NCBI GenBank assembly: GCA_051362555.1
Contig: CM120641.1
Span: forward strand, 11,036,001-11,100,000
Length of the DNA stretch: 64,000 nucleotides
Direction: 5' to 3'
From: Lingula anatina
Taxonomy: Eukaryota; Animalia; Brachiopoda
Part shown: positions 19,669 through 32,451 of the stretch, one piece after another
How positions within the stretch are numbered: position 1 is the stretch's first letter
How the letters are laid out: every line of letters begins with the position of its first letter
Position numbers and translations under genes: made by a program
Notes under the pieces: model-generated
Database searches by the model: none
What the model was told of the DNA's origin: nothing
The model's input: the letters and a program-made list of their open reading frames with translations, nothing else

Positions 19669-22600
19669 ATGGCTACTAAACGCCTTAAACGGGTTGGCTT
19701 ATGTCCCGAAACACTTGAAAGATGTCAGAGACAGCATATTTTAACTTGCTCGGTGAGAAATATTTCTAAGGCTTTACTTAGCCACTGTTACTTAACTTAC
19801 ACTGTAGGTTAGAGTGAAACTGTACTTACTGACGTCACATTCAAATAGAGCACTGTTAATTTATTTAATGTCGTTAATGTTGAAGTAACCTATTTAGAAG
19901 TCAAGTTCCCATTCTGATGAAAGTTAGCCTTGTATTCTGAGTACACAAAATCCGGTAACGGACCAAATATGTTGGTTCAATATCATTTCATCAAGTTTGT
20001 GGATGATGAGTTGTGTCTACTTATATTCCCATAGATTTTAGATCGATCTATCCCCGCGGGGAGTCTCACTAGATTACTTTCAAATAATCCGACTTAAATG
20101 TCCGTCCAGCCTACTACAAGCTGGAAGGGGTAATTAACTTTCGTGTCCGCCCGGCTGACAGCTATTTAGCATGAACCCCCAGGGAGTTAGGTCGATCTAA
20201 AGTAGGTCGATCTAATCTATGGAAATGGGGTGTTATTTTATGTTAAGCATTCCTCTTCCTGCTGCAGTGTTTGTCAATTTTTTAAGCCTGCTGCGATCTA
20301 AGATTCTACTCAGAACACTGAGCAAATTTGGAATAAAAGCATAGGTAACTGCACAGAATTCTGCTCTTTAGCTTGATATCCTAGTACCATTTGTAAGCAA
20401 GGTATAATTAAGCTAGGCATTCTTTATTTTTTTTACAGGATTTTTTGTCAAAAACCAGGCTTGAATTGCTGAAGCATCTTAATATCAATGATGAGAACAT
20501 TAAACATGTGATTCTACAAGTCAGCAGAGCAGTTGTACCAAAGCCTGTCACGGTATTTGTATATTTAGTATTTGGAGTACATTTTTTTTGAATGGACAAA
20601 TGTGTGTGGTTTTGATACACAAAGATCAAAAACAGTTAAATTATGCTTTAATCTGTCAACCAATAAAAAAGAGAATATCCTGTTGGATGAGTTAAGCAAC
20701 ACTGATTAAATTATATGGAGGCATTTGCACACATTGATTTTGGCTATTCTCAAAAATAATAATTAAAAAAAAAAACCTCTTCAGAGTACTGCAACTGGCT
20801 GTTGTAACTGTCTGTGCAGACTCAAATTTTTTTCACCATCCCATATTAGTTTTGGGGTCTCCTGGCCTTATAATGAAAAATTACTAAGTATTAGTATAGC
20901 AATATTTAATTTCATTATTTTATTTTGCATTTTAGGCTTATGAGCTTTGGTCAGCAAAGAAGAAGCATTTTCTCCCACTCTCTTTACCAGAACTAGACCA
21001 GGTTTTACATGGAGGAATACCATTAGGAACAATAACTGAGGTAAAAGAAATTAAATGAAAACTATAAGCCCCCTTCAGTTAGTACACACAGGAAAAAAAA
21101 CGTTATTTCATATAAATATGATATATGCTCCTTCAGATTCTTTTAATTTTCATTTGTGCATGTATCAGATTTTAGTGGGTCTAAAATTCATATGCTTAAC
21201 AATCTGTATTTAGTTTATCTTCTGACTTTTCACTGCCAGATTGCAGGTCCAGCAGGCTGTGGCAAGACCCAGTTTTCCATTATGTTAAGTGTTCTTGCTA
21301 CTGTCCCAGTGGAAATGGGTGGCTTGGGTGGTGCTGTAGTGTACATTGATACAGAGTCTGCCTTTAGTGCAGAAAGGTTGGTAAACTTGTGCTGTCTCAT
21401 TTCTCTTATGCAGGACAATTTAGGAATTGCCAAGAAAAGCATAAGTATGATGGTGTAGGGTAACTTTCTATACTTATATTTACTTAAAAACTAATGCACT
21501 TTTTTGGTATTTTTTATTAAAATAGTCTGATGTGATTAAATAGAACTTAACCAATTTGGAAGTGAATGGTACTTTACCTTGATGTATTTCAGGTTAGTAG
21601 AAGTGGCTCAGAACCGTTTTCCAGGTCATTTTATATCAGAAGAGAGCCTGTTGCAGCTGACAAGCCGCGTCCATGTTTATCATGAGTCAACAAGCAGTCA
21701 GCTTCTAAAGAGGTTTGTTATAAATATTATAAAAAAAAACAACCTTATGATTGAGACTAATATTGAGGATAGACTATGATTACAGAAATATTTTCTTTTT
21801 CGTCAAAATGCTTTTAAAAAAAATAATTTTTATCATATTCCCGAATTTTTCTGACAGTTAATGCTATAACCCTAAGTTGTTGTTCCAGGTTACAAACACT
21901 AGAGGAGGATATCATTGAGAAGAAAGTGAAGCTTATCATACTAGATTCAGTTGCTTCCCTTGTCAGGAAAGAATTTGACAGTCGCACTTCACAAAATTTG
22001 TATGAACGAACTAATTTATTAGCAAAAGAGGCAGCCATTCTGAAGTATTTGGCAGAATCTTTTTACATCCCAGTAAGTAGATAAAGTGAGAATACAATGC
22101 TCATTCTATGTCACGGGCAGATATCAAGTCACACTAACATTTTCTCTTACAAAGACATTTTATATATGAAAATTATATACCACAAGCTGAAAATAATTTC
22201 ATATGTTTAGTTGTGGCCAACCTGGACCTAGGTCTTCATCAGACTGATGTGAGTCATAACTCACTGATGGCATTGTGGTATAGCGGCCAGGACCCTCTTA
22301 TATGACTGCAGCTCCTTTTACATTCGTGAGACAGGCAGACAGTTCAAGACCAGGGGTAACTAACACAAAAAAATCAGTGACTATAGGAAATACCAGCTCT
22401 GCCATTTCTGAACATGTTAATAGTTATAGACACTTTTCACAGTATTGACTGGAATTCAACTAAGATCCTTGAATCCGAGTCATTTGACATGCCATAAAAG
22501 ATATTGTAGGCAATCAACGTCAGCTGTCACCAGCCACCCACGAATAGGGACAGGGGGATCAATCTACCTAACACACACACACCCCCCCCCCCCCCCCATT

Positions 22601-24132
22601 CTGATGAAGACCTAGTTTCAGGTTTGCCTCAAAATATCGAAATGAAATTATTTTGAGGTTGTGTTAAATAATAAGAGCCAACTCTCAAGCTAATTAACAT
22701 TTTTGCCTGAGAACATTCTATTTTTAAAGTGTTGAAACTCAAGCAAATACTCTGCCAAGCTCAATGATTGTGTTTTTCACCTCTCTACACTGACCCTGCC
22801 CTCATCATCCAGCACCTCGTACATGCCTTGATCAATATAGACATTTCCCTTACTATAGCAGTGCATTTGTTGTGCTGCATACTTAGTAGTATTTTCAGGT
22901 AAAAATCACATTTAAAGTTTTGCAAATACAGACAAATATGTCCAGATAAAGCAGCATCTTCTTTCTATTTTCAGGTTGTAGTGACCAATCAGATTACAAC
23001 TAGGTTTGGATTTAATCTTAGTGAAGTTGATGTAATGGAAAAAGAAGGTAAATGACAAGAATGGGTTATCTTGTGATAAACTTTCATATTTCATGCAATC
23101 AATTTTTAAAGAACATTTGAAAAGCAAGTGAAATAATCGGTTTTTTCTTTCTCTTTTTTACTTTGTGAAATATCCTATTTTTGATTAATGTTTTATAAAC
23201 TTTTATCACTGTTATCTTAGACTCGGTGACAAGTTCAGAAAATGGCTATGTGACAGCTGCCCTTGGGAACACATGGAGTCACAGTGTGAATACCAGGCTT
23301 ATTATACAATATTTAGATGACAGATACAGACAGGTGAAAACAAAGCATTTCATGGTTAAAATGTTTGGACAGAACCGATTTCTAGTAGTAGTTGGTGCAA
23401 TAGGAAAAGCAGAAAACTGCCTGGTGTCTACTGATAATGGTATAATGTGTTTTTGAATTTAAGCGTTTTTGCAAGTATTAGTGTTAAATTCTCATGCTTT
23501 ATTTTTTTCATTCTAGATACTGATTGCTAAGTCCCCTGTTGCTCCTTTTGCTGCACATGAATATGACATTCAAGATAACGGCATAGTGCTAAAATGTCAG
23601 TCACTGTATAAAATTATACTTATTATAGAACTCTTAAAAAATAATAAAAATAATTAAGTTAAAAAACTAATAACATTTATTATAAAATTAATGACAAGAC
23701 GGACATGTTCAAAGTTCTTTTTAAGCTAATTTTGTCAGACAGTCTTACACATTACATTAGTTACAATGACCAAATGAAAAAGATATGCTACAACTGTACT
23801 CATTCCGTAAAATTGAACTATTGTGCTTGCCATGTATTCGAATGTGAAGTTGTGTAAGAAAGAAATACAAATCAAATAATTAAATGCCCAGTTTCCTTAG
23901 AATAAACTTAATATTATATGGGGAGAGGTTATCTGAAAAGAACAATTATTTATTGCTTTGGAATGTATCTGTAATTTTGAATTAATTTATACTGTACCAT
24001 TGTAAGAAAATGGATGTCAATTTTATTTTTTTCTTTTCAGGTAATGGTGCTAGGCAGTATGAAGGGACTGATCCAGGATTACAACAAATCAGAGTACGGA
24101 CTAGTTTACAGAAAGAATGTTTTCCTACTTAA
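19669..24132 (+). CDS. RAD51B: DNA repair protein RAD51 paralog B
   Basis: Ten exons 19669-19752 (MATKRLKRVGL), 20439-20552, 20936-21040, 21240-21376 (Walker A GPAGCGKT), 21593-21712, 21889-22072 (Walker B LIILDSVASLVRKEFD), 22975-23047 (VVVTNQITT), 23221-23333 (AALGNTWSHSVNTRL), 23517-23595 (IAKSP), 24041-24132. Confidence 0.95.
20029..20222. mobile_element. Palindromic MITE-like element, family copy 1
   Basis: Ends CCATAGATTTAGATCGATCTA / TAGGTCGATCTAATCTATGG; its reverse complement aligns with 51526-51710 and 51946-52050. Confidence 0.75.
22181..22663. mobile_element. Composite repeat: about 64-bp imperfect inverted arms enclosing a tRNA-SINE-like segment
   Basis: Arms 22181-22243 and 22600-22663 share CTAGGTCTTCATCAGA; internal A-box-like TGGTATAGCGG (22276) and B-box-like GTTCAAGACC (22342); (AC)n/C-run tail. 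Confidence 0.55.
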
Positions 24133-24472
24133 TGGAACAAGACAGTTGGCTGGCTTCAAAGTTATTATGATTTCATTTATAAGTTTCTTTTTAATATGGA
24201 CCGTATTAAGTGTTCGGGTTATCTTGATAAATTATTTTTTCAAAAAATTAAAAAGTATATGTTTTATTCTTTTTCTCGACTTTTAGAATTAGTTTTCCAT
24301 TCAAGTGCCAAAATACTGTTTTAAGGACATAAATTTGATATAAATTATGATGATATAATAGCAAGTTATTTTAGTCAGTTGAATATTCATAATACTTGTA
24401 CGTGGTTTACATTGTATGTATCGACTGTTGACTGTTCTAGCAGCACAAGGGGAGCATTTGTTGCACCACAAT

Positions 24473-24625
24473 TTCATCATCACCATCAATGCTGTTCGTC
24501 CCGTGTGGGACATAAGGCCACAGTCACTTCTTTCCATTTGGCCCTGTCTCTGGCTACGTGCTGGGCCTGTCCCCATGTAAGGTCTCCCTCCCTCAGCTCT
24601 GCCATCACTGTTGGGTGCACACCAC
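24473..24625 (-). mobile_element. 3' end of an RTE-type LINE ORF
   Basis: MAELREGDLTWGQAQHVARDRAKWKEVTVALCPTRDEQH* followed by a (TGA)n-like tail, typical of the RTE C-terminus. Confidence 0.75.
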
Positions 24626-25169
24626 AATTTAATCTGGCAGATATCAAGAAAAACAAAAAATGTGGTGCACCTTGCTTAGAAGTGTGTGTCCAACCTTTTG
24701 TTGTGCACCCGTGACCTAACAGCACAACTGTAGCAAAAGCAATAACAAACAACTAACGTGGAGCTTTTTTTTTTTTAAATCTTTTATTATATTTAACAGA
24801 AAGCATGTTATGTTTTAACAATTGATTTATGAAATAAAAAACAACTGATTAAATGAACCATTGTGATATATTATTTGAAACATACAAAAATAAGACATCG
24901 TGCTGCTGTCCACATATGAAAATTGTATTGCAGTAATTGGTTGCATCTTCTTCGAAATCCTGAAGTTGCTAGGCTACATGTAAGCAAACTAAAAATGAAC
25001 ATTCCCCCATACTTTGTACTGCAGTTCAAATGGGGCATAAGAAAAAATCACTAGCAAACATGATCAGGCATCATTTGTAATAATCCAGCTGCTCCACATA
25101 TGTAAACTTATACTTTCTGTATTTCAGAAGTCAAAAGTACAAAGCACCGTTCAGTTGTTGAAACAAGTC

Positions 25170-27094
25170 CTACTCTTTCTTGTCTTCAGTTTCCTTTTGC
25201 TGTTTTTTTATTTCAATGACTCTTTCATTGGGGACGGGGCGGTTGACCTGTGCTTTCACAATCATGGAGCCATCGTCATTTAACAAGGATTCAAAGCTAT
25301 CTACGTCAACATCCTGGAAAGGGATAAAGGGCAGGTTTAGCATTGTACTTTACTGCAGATACTCCCAAATTTTATCATCTGATACTTTAAATGACAGATG
25401 TACCAATTATAATATACAAAGGGTTTTCCAGTTACTTGTATAATGTATACCTAAAACGGTCGCAACATGCACTGTCTACATGACACATCTATTATCAATA
25501 ACTGTACCAGCATCACAAGCTGACAACTCAATTACTTTGACCTTGTATATATTTCTCAACACACTTTTGATAAATTAAAAAAAAAAAAAAAAAAAAAAAC
25601 AAAAAACTTCACACAGCTGAAACTTCTAGTAGTATACTCACTCACCTCTGGAATGGCAAACTGCCGTAAAAACTGCCTGGCAACCAACCCATGTTTATCC
25701 TCTTTGTCAGTGTGTTCACCTTTAATGACGAGAGTATTGTCACTGATCTTAACTTCTATCTCTTCTGGGGCAAAGTCAGACACATCTAACTCTATCTGGA
25801 AGACTTTGTCATCATATTTCAACTGGAAAAATAAATAAAAAAATAAATAAAAATGAAAAATTGATGAACGTCTTAAATTCATTCCACTATGTATAAAGTG
25901 CATGTATTCAATCCATTCTTAAAATTAAATGCATTTCATTATAGTTAACTGAAGTATTTCCTTTCACTTTAAATAATAAATCAATATTTCACTTCTTTCA
26001 AAACAAATACTTCATCAAACCAAGACATTAACAGGGGCGGATTCAGAGATATTTTCTGACAGTCTTCCAAATTATCTTTGTTGATCCGTTCTTCATTTTT
26101 GACCGTCTTCCGACAGAAAAAATTGGATACCCGTCAATGTAAACTTGAAAATCTGACCGTCTTCCGGAAGACCCAGAAGACGCCCTAAATCCGCCCCTGA
26201 TTAATACTAGTACATATTTGCCAATTAAAAAAAGAAATTAATCGGGGTGCTGATGTAATTTGTTGGATTATTTCAAGTTACAAAGTTACTGACAAAAATG
26301 ATGCAAAGAACAAAGACCTTACATCATCACTGTTGAGAGAGAGAGACTGCAAGTGACTGTTTGTTACATGTGCCATTCATTTAGAAAAATGTTCAAAATA
26401 GTTTTTTTAATCAATTTGCCCGGTCTTTCAGGTTACCAGTACACAAATAACCTTAATATATTACAATCTGGTGTCTTGGATACACTGTGAATGTATATCC
26501 ATGGTCAGCCAAACAAAATAAATGCCGTGACCATTGACTTTTTCCACTTTTTATTCATTTATTTATCAACAATGATGCAAGTTCTAACGTTATTGCATAC
26601 ATCACTTAATTGTGTTTACTTCAATAGTAAAATGTATTACTATAAATTCCAGTACAGCAGTACACCTAAAATTTTTATAGTAGTATTCAAAAGAGTGCCC
26701 CTTGTATGTGGTGACCTCAAAATGATATTTTTAAATGGTGTCATTTTTATTTATGAAAATTATTTCTTTAAAACCATATACCGGTACGTTGATTCCGTCG
26801 ACTTACCTGTACATCTGTCCTGGCTAAGCCTCGTACGTAATACGGTGGATCAAACGCATTCTTCCACAGTTGATTCATGACCCTCTCTGTTTCACTTAAA
26901 GGATCGTGGATCAAATTATCGAGCCCTGTCCCTGGCCAGCTGTCGGCCCACCATGGGCCTCTGTGACGTTGGGGTCGAATCATGGGGACCCATCGTTTCA
27001 AACCACGCTTGCAGACGACTGGGTCGCCGGTGACAGCGCACCTCAAGTACTGCCCCTTGTTGCCTAACGATTTTGGTACAATCGCACGTAACAT
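25170..27094 (-). CDS. Small heat-shock protein (HSP20/alpha-crystallin domain), 202 aa, predicted mitochondrial presequence
   Basis: Exons 27094-26807, 25822-25646 (FQIELDVSDFAPEEIEVK...HGLVARQFLRQFAIPE), 25313-25170 (SLLNDDGSMIVKA...ERVIEI, IXI motif). Confidence 0.93.
26032..26199. mobile_element. 168-bp MITE in sHSP intron 1
   Basis: TIRs CAGGGGCGGATT / AATCCGCCCCTG, ATTAA on both flanks, internal GAC(C/A)GTCTTCC x3. Confidence 0.8.
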
Positions 27095-27142
27095 GTTTCG
27101 TCGTGTAAGTCTACTACGTTTGTTTGTACGTGCAGCGTGTGG

Positions 27143-27205
27143 CTTTTTATACCGTCTCTTCTCACCTCAAACGACACACGTGAATGTTCACGATCTTTCC
27201 AGATC
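27143..27205 (-). promoter_or_regulatory. TATA box and heat-shock element of the sHSP gene
   Basis: TATAAAAAG on the minus strand at 27151-27143; alternating nGAAn units GAAtgTTCacGATctTTCcaGAT at 27182-27204. Confidence 0.8.
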
Positions 27206-27818
27206 AAGGAGGTAAACAAAGCGACGGTCGCGCCCTCTGCACATGATCATCTATGTTAAAAAGTCTTAGGAAAATACAAACGTTTGGTTTACAGAAATAA
27301 ATTTTATTGATAAAAATTTATTTTTATACCATGACATTGGCCAGATCAACCATTTGTTGACATTTTTGTATAAACAGGAATAAATACTATAGCTTTTCTT
27401 GCTATAGATGGCAGTAGTGTAGAAAAATTTGAGCAACTGAGTTTCACGTGTTATGTAAAACTCGTTTGGTTGATATGTTATAGGATCCGTGTATCCGTGG
27501 TTATACATACAATAATAAGATGTTGTCGATCACAAAAAGCAGAAGTAAGTGCTATACCAGTATGTTTATAACACTTGAAAACACGATGCAATAACGGTTC
27601 AGTCATGAAAAGGTGTATATACTTTAATGCCCTTGCCTTTGATTTCCACGCCGATAGCTCATGTGTTCTAATGATATATTCACCTGTAATTGATAAATTA
27701 ATTAATTTATTAGTTATATCATTGACACCCTATTTTAAAGGGAATCTCAGAAGTGCTCATTAGTCCCGAGTTAAATCAAACGGCGTGTATATGCTGGTCA
27801 GTACTGCAATGGTACTCC

Positions 27819-30713
27819 ATGCGCCTCTGCTTAAGTGTTGCTCAACTGAGTATTATTATATTAGAGTAGATGATGCTTCATGTGTTTGTATGTTTTTTTA
27901 AGTTAATATAACTCACATGAACCTAATAGTAATACTAGTACTATAAGTATTACAGAAGTTGTGAATTAAATCTTACAGGTTTTCTGAGGATCCAACTGTG
28001 TCGTCACTTTCACTCTAGCAATATTGTCTTCAGTGATGCAGCACCAAGGAAGGCATCACTGGCAAATTTAAGGAAGGCTACAGGCTTCTCAATCCTACAA
28101 TGCAAGAAGGCCTTGGAAAAGTTCCCTGATGACATGGAAAAAGTAATCATTTAATTATTGTTATTTCTGATACAAATTTCATTTGTTATTTTCAAGTTAA
28201 AATTGATATGCGTTGTATTTATATGGAAATATTAAGACCTAACAATTGACCTCTGTTTTGTGTGTGTGATTCAGCGGAGACACATACTTGTACTTGCAGT
28301 CAAGTTAGTTGATTTTTTTTAGTGTCATATATGCAGTAAATTAAATGTAGCCTTTTCCACAAACCTTACCCTCATTCTGTGACAGACTCCCTAGACTCTT
28401 GAATTCTTTTGTGATAATTATCTTATGCAATAGGTCTAAGATGTTGAAAAACATACTATCAATCCAAATTTTTTTAACATTGATTCAAATTATGAAGTGC
28501 TTTTTTTTATTTGAAGAATTCCACTGGGGATTATAATAACATGTTCATATTCTCATATCTGTAATACTTTTAATATTATCTCTTAATAGGCAGAAGCTTG
28601 GCTTAATGAACAGGCTGCAGAACAAGGATGGGCCAAAGCCAATAAATTAGGGCACAGACCAATGTCTCAGGGGCTCATAGGGGTGTTGAAAAAGGATTCT
28701 ATGGGAATCATGGTTGAGGTACACTTGAGGAGCTCACAGGGGAGCACATGTATCAGTTGGAAGTGCTTTGACTTGATAGAATAGAATAGCCACAGAAGAA
28801 ATGTAATATGTTGCCAGGAATATGTTGTAAACTGTATCAGTCTTCACCTACTTTTATTACATGTAGCATCAATATTGCTTTGTACATTAGATGATAAAAA
28901 TAATGTCTATGATTGATGTTGTATCAAATTGATTAATATTAGAGAATATGATATTAAAGTCATAAATCTTACTAAATCTGAGTTTGCTTCAAGTTTCAGT
29001 GTTATCCCAATACTTGGTATCGTGTGGATATCAGATCATTCATCTAACATACAAAATGCTTTTGATGAAGGTTAAAGATTTTATGAACAACTTGGGTCTA
29101 GATATTCTGTTATAATGTGTAAAAGCATGTTTCTGTTTACTGTAGGTTAACTGTGAGACAGATTTTGTGGCTCGGAATGATAAGTTCAGAGGGCTGGTGG
29201 GAAAAGTGACCTCTGCATGCTTTCATCATGTCAAGGACTCTTCTGAGGATAAGGCAAGTTAACTGTAACTATAATGTGTCAATATGGTGAAATCAAACAA
29301 GTAAACGAGGAAACACAAAGTCCCTTTTTTTAGCAGTGCCAGGTCAAAAAAACCCTTTAAAGTAGCAAAATAAAATATGTGATAAATTTAACTTTGAGTT
29401 GCATAAAGTATTGTCTTCCTGATAATTCAAAACAAGTGTTTTGGGGTAAGTTATTTTATGTACACAGGTTAATTATTTGACGCTTTGTGTGAAACATAAA
29501 TAATAACTCTAACTCTCAGTTATGTTATAAGTTATTATTTAATAAAACATTTCACTCATGATCAGGTACATTTTCTTTTAGGTCAGTCTGACCAAAGAGG
29601 CACTGTCAGCGGTCCCCACTCCAGAGGGTAATGTTGGGGACGCTGTGGCCCTAGTGGTGGGTAGTGTAGGGGAAAACATGGCAGTACGCCGGGCAGCCTT
29701 CTTTAGAGCACCAGAAGGAAGTCTATTGTCCTCGTATGTCCATGCTGTGGGTATGTGAACTCAGTAGTTTGGTCATAACATACCTCTGTCAATGTTGATG
29801 TGTTTGATATTGTTTCAAACAAGTATAAGTAAGAACTATACCACTTAAATTTAAATAGAAACTTAAATAGAAATGTACGTAAAATTGTTTAATATTTTGT
29901 TAAGTCATTATTAACTATATTAATTTTTTCCAACTTAAGCATGTATATTATAATCATTGAGCAGAACCTTTGAGAATTTATACTTTGGAGAAAAAAGACA
30001 TGCATTATTGTCTACGTGCTACTCATAACATGTTGATAATGAATTAATTGTTGAAAAAGAAGGGAAGATAAAAGGTCAATATGTAGAAATTGGTAGACAG
30101 CTGGGTTTAGAGGAAGCTTCAATTTAACATTTTTTTTACAGAAATATGACCCCTCTTCTGTTAAAATTATTGATTCATAATAAGTGTTTAGAATTAGCTG
30201 CTTAAAAAGTACTGCCTGGAAATTGACTGAATTTGATGATACATTTATAAAACATTTTTTGTGCTAGTTGTGGTAAAGGTGCTATAAATATTTGATATTT
30301 CAGGTGCAAGCCATGTAGATGAGGGAGACTGTTTGCTGGGAAAGTATGCTTCTTTTGTGCTCACAAAACCTGCAGAGTTAACTGCCTCTGAAAATGTGAC
30401 AGAAGCTACAGCTGGAGAAACCGCAACCAAAGAAACAGAAGAAGAGGATGAAGATGACAAAATGGATCCAGCAGATCTTGGCAGGCGGTTGTCACAGCAG
30501 GTAGTGGGTATGAATCCTTTAACATTAGGAGATCTTCAAACAGACAAACCATCAGATGACAAGGGTGAAGAAACCAGATTTTTATTCCAAGAATATCAAT
30601 TTAATACTGAAAAAACTATCAAAGACGTTTTACTAGAGAATCAGGCGATGGTGACAGACTTTGTCAGATATGAATGTGGAGAAGAACTTTCAGAGGAAGC
30701 TAGCTCATCTTAA
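27819..30713 (+). CDS. TSFM: Mitochondrial translation elongation factor Ts (start codon/first exon uncertain, about 27790-27850)
   Basis: Exons 27979-28142 ([20 protein letters not shown]), 28590-28718, 29146-29253 ([12 protein letters not shown] signature), 29582-29750 (GENMAVRRA), 30304-30713 ([11 protein letters not shown]). Confidence 0.93.
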
Positions 30714-32451
30714 TATTGCTTTATTACCAGTACCTTGCATAAAAACTGAGAACTTGCACACTAATTTTAAATATCACAAAGTTGATAGATATTTTCTTTA
30801 GTGTGAAGACTGGATGGAAAGCAAAATTTTCTTTTTACACATGAAGTTGGGTCAGATAAATGACAAACGGTGAAACCTCTTAATATAAGAATAGACTTAA
30901 GATTCCAAATAAATTGAGTACCTTGTTATTTATGTCAAGTGTCTTTGCCGTAAACTTAAATATCTTTTTTTACAAGAGCCCCAAGAAACATGATAGAAAA
31001 TGCATGAAATGACAAGTGTTCAGTTTCAATGGAGATTGAGCAATGACCCAAACACTTGTCAGTGTTTATGAATAAAGAACACTGAATCAGATGTACTGTT
31101 TTTCAGTCTTTGATAATGACTTTATTAAGTTGAAAATAAGAGTCAAACAATTATACTTAGTATAAATACAACAGTTATTTTATTTTAGTCTTTTTTATTA
31201 CTTTGAATTATACAGTGGTCCATTATATACCAGTAAATGAAATAAATGAATTTTTTAAACCTTCAGAGTTTTGTCAGCTTTATATTCAATTGTCTACCCT
31301 TTTTCAACTTCAATATAAAGTAAAAGATACTTCAATTCAGTCATTTGTTGCTACTCATGAGAAATAAAACTAAACTTCAACTGACAAATATCAACTGGTA
31401 CATTTTGAAATGATGAAAAGAACAAAGTTAAAATGTATGTTAAACGAAACAGTAAAGTAACTGGACAATATTATGTTTCTTGCATAAAATTTACTAACCA
31501 CAAAAAAAGAAACGCAAAAAATAAACTTCTGACCATGTGAAAAAGTGTTCTACAGCTGTGCTACAAATTACCTTATTTAATGCAATTATTTAAAGCTTAA
31601 GATATGCAATTCAATTAGTTGCTTGACAAGAAAAGTAATAATTCATATTTTGGCTGTTTGTGTGACTGACTGATTAATAACTTACTAGGAGTTCAAATGA
31701 AATTATGCATTAAAAATGAGATTGCAAACTACACTGTGAAGATTGTACACAGCATTTAACTACTCATAAAAATTACAAATTATAAAGAGAAAGTATTTTT
31801 GAAAACTAAGGCTCAAAGGGCAGATAATTTTTATGCATTCTATACTTGGTAAATGCTAACCCTGCAATATGAATGATTAAAAGAAGCAATAATGATAGAT
31901 GTCAAATGTAATGAAATTAAACCTTTTAATAAATATGCAGTCATAACACTTAAAAAGTTTAAAATTTTGATTGACAGGGTTTTTGTCAGCACTCATAATT
32001 GGAATTTTTGTCAAGACACTTCTGTTACACAGTATGTGCGTGTTATGAAATACAGAATGACCCAATTGGTTCATCCAGAGAAGCCCCCCAACCCCTCAAA
32101 AAGAAAATAAAATATGGCAAAATATAAATTATAATATTAATGTTTTGCATGCATTAACTTTTATTACCTAACATGCCTTTATCCTTCCACAGACTCCATA
32201 AAATGTATCATAACTTCATCTACAACTAAAATGCTATGTTTTAAAAAATATTTTACCAGTGTCCCCGAATGTCATCAACAAGAATAAAGTAAGTACAAAT
32301 ACAATTGTCTCTGCACAACACAATATTTTATCTAAAGCATCTTCCACTTATCTAGAAAAAAAAGAACACTGTATTGTGAGAAATGTATTGCCCTCCTTTG
32401 TGTTGTGCTTTTCATCTAAGGTCTTTAATTTTCGGCATGGTTGTTAATGAT

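Noticed and set aside
22269-22357. tRNA gene
   Set aside because: A/B-box-like motifs only; no cloverleaf or acceptor stem, so more likely a SINE head.
22600-22645. Intact hammerhead ribozyme
   Set aside because: CTGATGA and stem II are present but GAAA is displaced by about 13 nt and no stem I/III could be built.
24301-24752. Three overlapping ORFs suggesting a hidden gene
   Set aside because: Explained by the GC-richer RTE LINE fragment.
27791-27802. ATGCTG|gtcagt as TSFM coding exon 1
   Set aside because: Phase 0 does not match the phase-1 exon at 27979; the start was left unresolved.
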